A DNA stretch of 64,000 bases, from the NCBI GenBank assembly GCA_028283955.1, contig JANQSP010000012.1, positions 4,579 through 68,578 of the forward strand, written 5' to 3'. A program made the position numbers and the translations under genes. The stretch comes from Bdellovibrionales bacterium. GTDB lineage: Bacteria; Bdellovibrionota; Bdellovibrionia; Bdellovibrionales; UBA1609. The notes under the pieces were generated by a model. It saw only the letters and a program-made list of their open reading frames with translations. It made no database searches and was not told where the DNA came from. Of this stretch, positions 1 through 8,214 are shown piece by piece. How positions within the stretch are numbered: position 1 is the stretch's first letter; the number at the start of each line of letters is the position of its first letter.

Positions 1-258
1 AGGAGGAGAAAGCCCTACCGCTCCAGCTTGCTCTCTCAAACTCTCCTTTAAAATTTCCGGATGAACATGAATATTGGCAGCCCAGTTTTTTACTCCCAGA
101 GACTTTAAAAGATAAAGATTATAAGCACTCAGCGGAACATTTAAAAAAGGCAATAGCACCTTAGGCAAAACACGGGTATGAGGATAAAAGCGCGTCCCCC
201 TCCCCGCACAAAGCAAAAACCCCCGAAGGGAGTTAAAGCGACGCGGCTCTATCTCCAT
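1..258 (-). CDS. murU: Sugar-phosphate nucleotidyltransferase, MurU-like; N-terminal 86 codons only, the 3' end runs off the window
   Basis: Not in the ORF track because it is open at the window edge. Minus-strand translation from the ATG at 258 gives MEIEPRRFNSLRGFLLCAGRGTRFYPHTRVLPKVLLPF..., which contains the G-x-G-T-R nucleotide-binding loop. It lies directly downstream of an AmgK-like kinase, matching the amgK-murU recycling pair. Confidence 0.6.
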   Translation of the reverse strand, partial: MEIEPRRFNSLRGFLLCAGRGTRFYPHTRVLPKVLLPFLNVPLSAYNLYLLKSLGVKNWAANIHVHPEILKESLREQAGAVGLSPP

Positions 259-276
259 TAGTCACTTCCTTTTTCA

Positions 277-1263
277 TTAGTTACTTCCCTCTATATTTGT
301 TTTCTTCAGTTTCTCCAAACACAGATCTATCAAAGATAAAAAATGAGGGTATCGTTTGACCTCACACAGCTCTTCTCTCACCATTTGCAAAGCCGGCTGA
401 ATATAGGGCAAATGAGTCCTCTGCTTCTTTAAAGAATAAAAGCTGGCAAAACTACCACAAGCTTTAAAAAGACGCTGTATAAGTGTAACAGAAATTTCCT
501 GTCTTAACTCATTTGTCATTTCTCTTTCACCAAAACCCTTTAACAAAAAATAATCTAATAATTTTTTTCTAAGTGCATTATTCATCTGTGAAGCAACATA
601 AACATCGTAAACCAAACTCACCACATCATAAAACCGAGGAAAAAAACCCGCATCCTGAAAATCAATCAAATATATCTGCTTATCTTTAATAAAAAGATTT
701 CGGCTGTGATAATCCCTGTGTGAAGGGAAAAAAGGAAAAGAAACAAGCTCTTCACAAAGAAAATTCCATTCTTCCAGATAACCCCTACGAAAACTTTCCT
801 CCGGTGCCAGACATAAAAAACGCTTTATCAAATGCTCTTCCGTCCAAAGCATCTCCTTAAAAAAATCCTCCTTCTTAAAAAAAGACCAATCAAAAGAATG
901 GTGTCGCCCTTCTCCTGTTTGAGAAGCTTGCAATTTAATGACTTGATCCAAAGCCGGGAAATAATAAGCAAAACCCTTTTCCTCCAACACCTCTTTTTCC
1001 AGACTATGATCCCCCAAATCCTCCAACAGAAGAAATCCCCCCTCGGAATCCTGAGCTACCCCCTTTGGTACATTCAACCCGGCTAGAGAAAAGTCCTTCT
1101 GCTTAAGTAAAAACTTTTTTTGCTGATCCATCGGTGAACAAGCCAAAATCCAGGAGGAATCATCTGTCTTAACCCGTATATAACTTCTGTCACTTCCCTC
1201 CCCTGTTAAGGGAATTTTTTTGTATCGCTTATCCTTAAAAACCGACTTTAAAAACTCATCCAT
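277..1263 (-). CDS. amgK: Aminoglycoside-phosphotransferase-fold kinase, AmgK-like (anomeric MurNAc/GlcNAc kinase family)
   Basis: 328-aa ORF. N-terminal P-loop-like IPLTGEGSDRSYIRV. Catalytic HRDYHSRNLFIKD...IYLIDFQDA (Brenner motif plus DFQD) is typical of APH-fold kinases. Adjacent to a MurU-like gene. Confidence 0.7.
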   Translation of the reverse strand: MDEFLKSVFKDKRYKKIPLTGEGSDRSYIRVKTDDSSWILACSPMDQQKKFLLKQKDFSLAGLNVPKGVAQDSEGGFLLLEDLGDHSLEKEVLEEKGFAYYFPALDQVIKLQASQTGEGRHHSFDWSFFKKEDFFKEMLWTEEHLIKRFLCLAPEESFRRGYLEEWNFLCEELVSFPFFPSHRDYHSRNLFIKDKQIYLIDFQDAGFFPRFYDVVSLVYDVYVASQMNNALRKKLLDYFLLKGFGEREMTNELRQEISVTLIQRLFKACGSFASFYSLKKQRTHLPYIQPALQMVREELCEVKRYPHFLSLIDLCLEKLKKTNIEGSN

Positions 1264-1409
1264 TTAAGTAGAGTATATTACTTCTCCGGACTTCTATCCA
1301 CAAGTAACAGAAAGTCTCCAAACACCGCCTTCTAATAGCACATACAGGAAATTGGTTAATCAGGCTGTATAGTCCAATAGAGGGCCGCGACACTATATGA
1401 AAAGGAGGA

Positions 1410-1529
1410 ATCTATAAAAGTCAAAAGCAGGTCAAAACGAGTTCGGCTTTGATCACAAAGCAACGGGACGTTCGCTTTGTGGCAAAACGCAAGGCTTAGC
1501 TTTTGAGCTGACTTTTGACTTTTATAGAT
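1410..1529. repeat. 120-nt nested palindrome: about 27-bp outer arms enclosing an 8-bp inner hairpin
   Basis: Left arm tctataaaagtcaaaagcaggtcaaaa (1411-1437). Right arm ttttgagctgacttttgacttttataga (1501-1528). The first 17 nt pair perfectly; the remainder has one bulge and one mismatch. The inner hairpin is cacaaagc (1454-1461) with gctttgtg (1474-1481). Confidence 0.8.
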
Positions 1530-1556
1530 AGTTTCTATTAATAGATGAGCGTCCCG

Positions 1557-2408
1557 TTAGAGGACGCAACAAAAAAGATCTTTCCATTCAGTCGGAAGCT
1601 CCTCGTCCTTTTGGACACCCATCACCAAATGACAGGATAGCGTATCCTTTAAAAGATCCTGAATTAAAATCTTTTTTTGAACATCAGACAACTGATGAAA
1701 AAAAGGAACACAGACAAACACTCCATTCATTTCATGAAATACACCCTCTTTCCAATTTAAATCATCTGCATTTAAAAAAGCAAAAGAGGAGGTTTTTAAA
1801 TATAACTCATGGGCCTGCTTCAATAAATCCTCTTTCTTTCCCTGTCTTAACAAAAGCGGAAACAAGGAAAGGCCCGTCTTGCCTGTTACACCCTTTTGTT
1901 TTTTATTATGTCTGGAGAATAATTTTTTTGAGTTTGAAGTGTTTAAATTCTTTGAATGTAAAGCGGGCTGAATCTCCTCTCCCCCTTTTTCATTATCCAA
2001 AAGAAAAGAAAAGTCACGCTCATCGGAAAGAGCAAAATCCGGAAGAGATAACCTGTCTGGAACAGATGAACTGGCTGCGACAGATAAAGAATCTTTATTA
2101 GAGATAAACTGTAAAAAAACTTTTTCAAGATAGATATTAATATAGTTTCTCACTTCCTGAGCCTTTAAGTAATTTAAAGCACTAAAACAAATCAACACCC
2201 CAAGGGAGTGCTTTCCGGCAAAAACAGGAAAGCCCGTTTTTCCGGCAAAAGTAAGCCAGTCTTTTTTATGCACCAGTGAAAAGGGAGAAGGAGAAATCAA
2301 ATGCATGGCGGATAGAGCATATTCTTTTTTTAGAACAGCCATCAAATGAGGTATCTCCCACCTGATTATTCTTTCCTTTTGAACAGGGCTTAATTTCTTC
2401 CTTTGCAT
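1557..2408 (-). CDS. Hypothetical protein, 283 aa, with possible degenerate GAF-like and NtrC-type AAA+-like segments
   Basis: Long ORF in an AT-rich context. There is no clear SD upstream of the ATG at 2408. The resemblance to enhancer-binding-protein AAA+ modules is weak and by eye only, and the Walker A motif is lost. Confidence 0.55.
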   Translation of the reverse strand: MQRKKLSPVQKERIIRWEIPHLMAVLKKEYALSAMHLISPSPFSLVHKKDWLTFAGKTGFPVFAGKHSLGVLICFSALNYLKAQEVRNYINIYLEKVFLQFISNKDSLSVAASSSVPDRLSLPDFALSDERDFSFLLDNEKGGEEIQPALHSKNLNTSNSKKLFSRHNKKQKGVTGKTGLSLFPLLLRQGKKEDLLKQAHELYLKTSSFAFLNADDLNWKEGVFHEMNGVFVCVPFFHQLSDVQKKILIQDLLKDTLSCHLVMGVQKDEELPTEWKDLFCCVL

Positions 2409-2786
2409 AACAATAAAAAGAGATGCAAAAAAAGGGCCAATAATCTTTCTTTAAGATTTCGTAAAAAAGAAGCAAAAAACAAAAAAGAAGGAAGGGTCTT
2501 TTTTATTGTTCAACCAAGGTAAAATATACATAACTCTTTGTTTATGTCTTTTAAACATAAAATAAATAAAGGGAATCTATATGTTTTTTACCTTGGCTAA
2601 AAGTGTTTAAAATAAAGACATAATAAAAGTTATTTTACAAAACTTAAGTTAAAAAAATTAAGTGTAAAAAAACTATTCGAGAAAAGAAAACCTTATACTA
2701 AAAAGAAGTAAAATTTATTTCTCATTGAATTTTAAACAAAGAGATAAATCTTACACACTTTTTAGAAAATAAAGACGGAGAATTTA

Positions 2787-3035
2787 CTATTGTGTATGTT
2801 CGCTATCACCAGAAGTACCTGTATTATTGGCCCCTCGTTGATCGGCCAAATACTCTGCTTTTTTTCTTGTTTCTTCAGGATTTTCTTCTCTGCTCGTTTC
2901 TGTCGCGGAAGGGTTACACGCGGAGGTAGTACTGCCCGCTTCACTGGCATCATCTCCACCCCCCGGAGCTCTGCACACCACCTCAGCTACAGAGGAAAAA
3001 CAAAATAAAAAACTCACTAACAAAAACCATCTCAT
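2787..3035 (-). CDS. Small secreted low-complexity protein, 82 aa; positional counterpart of the Bdellovibrio hit-locus protein Bd0108
   Basis: Strong SD (aaggag) 8 nt upstream of the ATG. Signal peptide MRWFLLVSFLFCFSSVAEV. The mature part is rich in G/S/T/D/E/N and has 2 Cys. It is the last gene of the Tad operon, after the YD-repeat gene. Confidence 0.7.
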   Translation of the reverse strand: MRWFLLVSFLFCFSSVAEVVCRAPGGGDDASEAGSTTSACNPSATETSREENPEETRKKAEYLADQRGANNTGTSGDSEHTQ

Positions 3036-3190
3036 TTTACCGGCTCCTTTGCTTTATATAATACTGTCTTTTCTTCAATACTTCCAGGTCTATCCTGTTT
3101 TTTCTTCCCTTGATGTTTTTTATAAACAAACTCTCCACTAAACTCACTTTATAGTGATCTAACTCGTATGAAAAAATCCAAGATGTTAAA

Positions 3191-4828
3191 CTAAATGGTA
3201 ATATCCGTGGCGACCGGTGAGATAATCTCTAAAAAACCATTGAATACACTGGCCACCTGGGCAGCCACTGTAGGATCTGTTCTGGTTTTACTGGTGTCCA
3301 CTCGACCGTTTTCATCGTAAAAAACCTGAATGGAACCCACCCCGGGCCTGGTTATTTTTTTAGGCTTACTGTATTTTTCATTATAAACCACAATAATACG
3401 CTTTTTACTCTGATCCCGCATTTCACTTATACGACCAAGGTGGTCCCTCTTTACAGAAACCCAACGACCGGTGTTATTCTGTTTAGCCATCACCAAATGA
3501 CATTTATTAGGGTCATAGGAAATTTGTGTCTGTACCTGACGATTGACCTTTTTACCCTGAAGATACTGCACCACCACCTGAGTGGGTTTGCGGCATTTAT
3601 TATTGTACTTGGAAAAAAGCACCTTCCGGCCCGGCTCCGCCCGGGATTTTAAAAATCCATTATCATAATAAGCGTAACGAGTGGTCACTCTGTTACGAGT
3701 CACAGAGAGGGGGGAACCTGTTTTTAAGTCATAAGTGATATCGGCAATCTGTCCATTCACCTTTTGCCTTGCACGATAAAGATACTTACTTCCATCTTTT
3801 TTCTGCTTATTCCAAAACTCATAACGACTTACATTGGTCACTCTTTTTCCACAGGTTTTCTTCACATCCGTCCAATAGTGATCTTTGTTTCTTTTATTAT
3901 TCACATATTTATATTTTTCCAAACAACCTCTTCTATCCTTAAAGGACATCACCCAATCACGATCTGTATTGTAGGTTAAAGATTCATAAGTATTATCCGG
4001 GTAGCGATTCTTAATTAAATTATGATAGCCATCATAAAAATGTTGGTACTTTTCCCCTTTACTGTTTATCACCGCCACCAAATTATCCGCTTTAATCGTG
4101 TATTCCGCTTTAATTTTATTGGGGCCGCTTATAACCAAACCACCTTTTGTATATTTAAAACGCAAACTTCTTCCTCTCCCATCCATCACTTTTACAATTT
4201 TACCTTTTTTCCTTTGTATTTTTATCCAGTTCGCCGATTTATCCATCTCCTGGATAAAGTTCCCGTTTTTATCAAAAATCTGAACCTGCCCGTTAGCTAA
4301 AAAACGTTTATATTGACTACCTGTAAACTGAACACTTTCACTTTGCCTTCCCACGGCCTGGTAAACCTGTCCACTTTGCGCCTTTCCCTTTAAACCAAAA
4401 GCCCGAATCAGTTCAGACCGTAAAAGGGCGGACTTTTTAACATCTCTTTCCACTTGCGCGATATATTTTTTCGAAAGACCTTTTTTCTTTTTTACTTCCG
4501 CCATAATCCTTTTAATCATGGCCGAGCGATTTCCTTTTACCGCCTTGGATGCATAAGAGATCTCCGCTCCTCCTCCGCATTCCACCACCATCAGTGTGTT
4601 ATCCGGCATCACTTCCAACCTGGTTTCCAGATTGGAACACCAGCCATAACCAAAAAGCCCTTTGTAAAGGGAACGCGAATTATAAGTACGCTCCACTAAA
4701 AGAGGAAGACCCGCCCCTGGCAGAGCAATATCCACAAAAGTTTTAGTGTAATTGGCGTTTTTAGTGTCTATAAGACCCTGAGCCTGAAAGATAAATAATA
4801 GAGAAAATACCCAAATCTTATTTTTCAT
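3191..4828 (-). CDS. Exported YD/RHS-repeat family protein, 545 aa (Bd0109-like position)
   Basis: Signal peptide MKNKIWVFSLLFIFQAQG. RTYNSRSLYKGLFGYGW matches the N-terminal motif seen in Rhs-family proteins. Several YD-type repeats are present (RYAYYDNGF, ITYDLKTGS, ISYDPNK, VFYDENGRV). SD is gggaggaag. Confidence 0.8.
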   Translation of the reverse strand: MKNKIWVFSLLFIFQAQGLIDTKNANYTKTFVDIALPGAGLPLLVERTYNSRSLYKGLFGYGWCSNLETRLEVMPDNTLMVVECGGGAEISYASKAVKGNRSAMIKRIMAEVKKKKGLSKKYIAQVERDVKKSALLRSELIRAFGLKGKAQSGQVYQAVGRQSESVQFTGSQYKRFLANGQVQIFDKNGNFIQEMDKSANWIKIQRKKGKIVKVMDGRGRSLRFKYTKGGLVISGPNKIKAEYTIKADNLVAVINSKGEKYQHFYDGYHNLIKNRYPDNTYESLTYNTDRDWVMSFKDRRGCLEKYKYVNNKRNKDHYWTDVKKTCGKRVTNVSRYEFWNKQKKDGSKYLYRARQKVNGQIADITYDLKTGSPLSVTRNRVTTRYAYYDNGFLKSRAEPGRKVLFSKYNNKCRKPTQVVVQYLQGKKVNRQVQTQISYDPNKCHLVMAKQNNTGRWVSVKRDHLGRISEMRDQSKKRIIVVYNEKYSKPKKITRPGVGSIQVFYDENGRVDTSKTRTDPTVAAQVASVFNGFLEIISPVATDITI

Positions 4829-4961
4829 TCTGCTCTTCCTCCCTTTTTCCTGTATCCGTAAAAAAAATAAATTAAATACTTAATTTTACTTAACTTTTTT
4901 ATTAACACTCCAGTTCAGCACTCTTAATAATGTCCTTTTTACCTGGCTTAAGTGGAAATAT

Positions 4962-5852
4962 TCAGACCTTAATTGTAACAATTTTTTTCATCATAATGCC
5001 ACCCGTAATAATCAAAACAATGATAATTAATAGGGCAATCCAGCCTAAAGGCGTACCCAGCATGAGCTGAGCTTTTTGCTTATCCGTGATAAACATCATC
5101 AAAAGCATCAAAAAGGGAGCGGCGGAAACAATCATGGCCTGCATGGTTCCCTGGGCTGTCAGAGCTTTTATTTTGTTTTCCACTTTTTGCCGTTCCCGAA
5201 TAGTCTCAGAAATAACAGACAGGGTTTCTGCAATATTTCCCCCTGTCTCTTTTAAAATGTTAATAGCCACCACCATCATAGTGACATCCGGTCGATTAAT
5301 TCTCTTTTCCATTTCATTAAAAGCCTCTTCCACACTCATACCCAAATGAGTCTTATTTAAAATCAATTGAAACTCCTGAGCTAAAGCACCCCCTTTCATA
5401 TTCTTAATCACCCTCTCCATAGACTGAGTGATGCTCAGACCCACTTTCACCCCGTTAGTCATGATAACCAATCCCTCTACCATTTGATTAACAACCTGAC
5501 TGGCCCGTCTCTCCCATACTGTTCTCATAAATTGCTGCACCCCAATCCATGAACACAAAAATCCAACAGCTCCCAAACCCAAGCCTAAAACCAAATTAGG
5601 CCAACAGGCTAAAAAAACCAAAAAACCAAAACCCAATCCCAGGGCCCAAAGCCATAGAACCACTTTTTCCTCAGGAGCTTTAAGCATCATCATATCTATA
5701 ATTTTTAAAACCTCTTTTTGTGAATTAAGTGTTTTTTCCTTAAAAAACCGCAGGATTCCCGGAAAGCGAATATAAAAAAACACAAACACCAAAGCTCCCA
5801 CCACAAGAGATAAAACAAGAGGATGTAAGAAAAAAGATTTTATTGCGTCCAT
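4962..5852 (-). CDS. Tad pilus inner-membrane platform protein (TadB/TadC, T2SS-F domain)
   Basis: 296 aa with N- and C-terminal TM segments flanking a cytoplasmic T2SSF-like domain (...GMSVEEAFNEMEKRI...GGNIAETL...). It abuts the CpaF stop codon. Confidence 0.85.
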   Translation of the reverse strand: MDAIKSFFLHPLVLSLVVGALVFVFFYIRFPGILRFFKEKTLNSQKEVLKIIDMMMLKAPEEKVVLWLWALGLGFGFLVFLACWPNLVLGLGLGAVGFLCSWIGVQQFMRTVWERRASQVVNQMVEGLVIMTNGVKVGLSITQSMERVIKNMKGGALAQEFQLILNKTHLGMSVEEAFNEMEKRINRPDVTMMVVAINILKETGGNIAETLSVISETIRERQKVENKIKALTAQGTMQAMIVSAAPFLMLLMMFITDKQKAQLMLGTPLGWIALLIIIVLIITGGIMMKKIVTIKV

Positions 5853-8138
5853 TTAAGAAGCCTTTTTTGTCTCATTTGAGGAAATATTTTTCTTTCCCGG
5901 TACTTTTTTCCCAGGAAGAGATTTACCCGCCAAGCCCGGTCTCCTGCCGGAAAGTCCCGGTTTCCCGGAACGCAGTAAGGATTGCTTTTCATTTTTCGTG
6001 GCCGAACTGGTCGTGAACAGAGAACGGGGAATATTTAACCCTCTTTGCTCAAATTTTTCAATAAAAGTGGGGATCATCCCCATAGCCTGAAACTGACCAA
6101 GGATTTTTCGATTTTTATCAAAACCCTCTTCCTTAAATCGAAAAATTTCCTGCAAAGTCACTGTATCCCCCTGCATGCCCACCACTTCCGTAACACTTTT
6201 TATTTTCCGACTTCCATCGCTGAGCCTTCCAATCTGAATAATAAGATTTACGGCTCCGGACACTTGTTCTCTAATAGCTTTTATCGGTAAATCCATTCCG
6301 GCCATCAAACACAAAGTTTCCAAACGGGCACAGGCCTCGCGGGGATTATTGGCGTGAACCGTTGTCATGGAACCATCGTGACCTGTATTCATAGCCGAAA
6401 GCATATCCAAAGCAGCCCCGTCCCGACATTCCCCCACCACAATTCGATCCGGCCTCATACGAAGAGAATTCCGGATCAAATCCCGGATTGTGACAGCCCC
6501 TGTGCCTTCCATATTAGCCGGACGGGTTTCCAACCTCACAACATGCTCCTGTTTGAGCTGCAATTCAGCGGCATCTTCCACTGTAATAATTCTTTCATTG
6601 GCCGGTATAAAGCTGGACATTACATTAAGCAAAGTGGTTTTTCCCGAACCTGTTCCTCCTGAAATCACTATGTTCAGCCCCTGTTCCACACATATTTTAA
6701 AAAACTCCGCCATGGCTGAAGTCATGGATCCAAAACGATCCACCAAATCATTTATAGTCACTCTATCCTGAGGAAATTTCCGTATAGTGACAGCCGGACC
6801 ATCTATAGATAAAGGCTCAATAACCGCGTTCACCCTGGAACCATCCGACAAACGGGCATCCACATAAGGGGTTTTTTCATCAATTCTTCTTCCCAGGGGA
6901 GTCACTATTCTCTCTATCACATTCCTCAGTTGTTGATTGGAAGTAAAAGTAACAGGGCTTGTTTGAATTTTTCCGTTTTTTTCACAAAAAATCTGGTCAC
7001 AACCATTAACCATGATTTCCGTCACAGATGAATCCGCCAATAGCCCTTCCAAAGGCCCCAGTCCCAAAGATTCATCCAGAACCTGTTTAATAACCTGACT
7101 TCTTTCCTGACGGGAAAGCCCCTGCCCTCTTTTATCCACTAACTTGGATACCACTATCTGAGTCTTATTCCTTAACTCCTGCCTGGAAGCCTCATCTTTA
7201 GCCTGAGTAAGGTCCTTCTTTAAATCCATCTCTTTTATCAACTCTGTATGCACCTGCATTTTTAAAATAACCAAAGGAGTTAATCTTCTTTGACGTCCCT
7301 GAAGAGGGGAGGAAGAAGCACTACCAGCGGAAGAAGGGGATGCCTGTTGAGTGGGAGATTTTTTGGGACGAATAAGCGCTTTGTTTTTTTGTAACACCCC
7401 TCCCACCAGTCTTCTCACCAGATCATGATAAGCCTGAGATAAAGGAGCCGTGGGACGGGATAAAACAAAAGGCAGAGCTGATTGCAAAGCCTGATTTGAG
7501 GTCACATCATCCTTCGGCAAAACCGCCACAACAGGTAGTCTTAAACTGTTCACAATAGCATTAGTGGCCACTCCCCCCTGACCGGCCTGGTTGATAACAA
7601 TCTGAAATAATTGCGACGGCAAAGTGGCGGCACTTAATTCATTTAATAATCTTTTTGTCTGGTTGACCACCAACACTTCCGGTGTCAGCACCACCAAAAT
7701 AGCACTGGAGAGCTCCAACACGGAAAACTGCAAGGGACTTAAAAAACACCCTACATCCACTACAATATATTTAAAAATCTGCGAAAGACCATATAGTTGT
7801 TTTTCAAAAAGAGCCGGGTCCCCTGATAAACTTTGCTCAGGCCCTGTCACCGCTCCCAGATAGGCCAAACCGGTTTTATGATAGGCTAAAAAATTCTTTA
7901 CATTTTGTTCACTGAGCACACCGGAAAAGCGAGTGACATCCGACACCGTTTTTTGCGGCCTGATACCAATAATAACACTTTGATCTCCACAGCTTTTTTC
8001 ATCCAGATCAACCAATAAAGCCGGGGTCTTCATTTCCTTCTGAATGGCCAGGGCTAAATTGGCAGCTAAAACACTTTTTCCCACTCCCCCTTTTCCACCG
8101 GCAACAGCGATTAAATGACATTTTGGATTCAAAGACAT
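5853..8138 (-). CDS. cpaF: Fused MinD/ParA-type (CpaE/TadZ-like) ATPase and CpaF/TadA secretion ATPase
   Basis: 761 aa. Residues 14-22 are GGKGGVGKS, a deviant Walker A of the ParA/MinD type. An S/P/Q-rich linker follows, then a CpaF core with Walker A GGTGSGKTTLLN. The C-terminal tail is rich in K/P/G. Confidence 0.9.
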   Translation of the reverse strand: MSLNPKCHLIAVAGGKGGVGKSVLAANLALAIQKEMKTPALLVDLDEKSCGDQSVIIGIRPQKTVSDVTRFSGVLSEQNVKNFLAYHKTGLAYLGAVTGPEQSLSGDPALFEKQLYGLSQIFKYIVVDVGCFLSPLQFSVLELSSAILVVLTPEVLVVNQTKRLLNELSAATLPSQLFQIVINQAGQGGVATNAIVNSLRLPVVAVLPKDDVTSNQALQSALPFVLSRPTAPLSQAYHDLVRRLVGGVLQKNKALIRPKKSPTQQASPSSAGSASSSPLQGRQRRLTPLVILKMQVHTELIKEMDLKKDLTQAKDEASRQELRNKTQIVVSKLVDKRGQGLSRQERSQVIKQVLDESLGLGPLEGLLADSSVTEIMVNGCDQIFCEKNGKIQTSPVTFTSNQQLRNVIERIVTPLGRRIDEKTPYVDARLSDGSRVNAVIEPLSIDGPAVTIRKFPQDRVTINDLVDRFGSMTSAMAEFFKICVEQGLNIVISGGTGSGKTTLLNVMSSFIPANERIITVEDAAELQLKQEHVVRLETRPANMEGTGAVTIRDLIRNSLRMRPDRIVVGECRDGAALDMLSAMNTGHDGSMTTVHANNPREACARLETLCLMAGMDLPIKAIREQVSGAVNLIIQIGRLSDGSRKIKSVTEVVGMQGDTVTLQEIFRFKEEGFDKNRKILGQFQAMGMIPTFIEKFEQRGLNIPRSLFTTSSATKNEKQSLLRSGKPGLSGRRPGLAGKSLPGKKVPGKKNISSNETKKAS

Positions 8139-8214
8139 TTTTTCTCTAAGGAGGCTCTTAACTAAGAACCAACTCCCTTTTCCTTTCTCCTCAATTTTTT
8201 ACCAAATAAAAAAA

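Noticed and set aside
2762-3008. ORFs 2762..2959 (minus) and 2790..3008 (plus), which overlap the 82-aa hit-like gene
   Set aside because: The locally GC-rich, stop-poor sequence opens several frames. Only 2787..3035 has a strong SD (aaggag) and a signal peptide.
3191-4828. The YD-repeat protein as an Rhs-type polymorphic toxin, with the small downstream ORF as its immunity protein
   Set aside because: The protein has only 545 aa. I see no Rhs core-end motif (PxxxxDPxGL) and no variable C-terminal toxin domain. The downstream protein is secreted (signal peptide), which is unlike a cytoplasmic immunity protein. The hit-locus (Bd0109/Bd0108) interpretation fits better.
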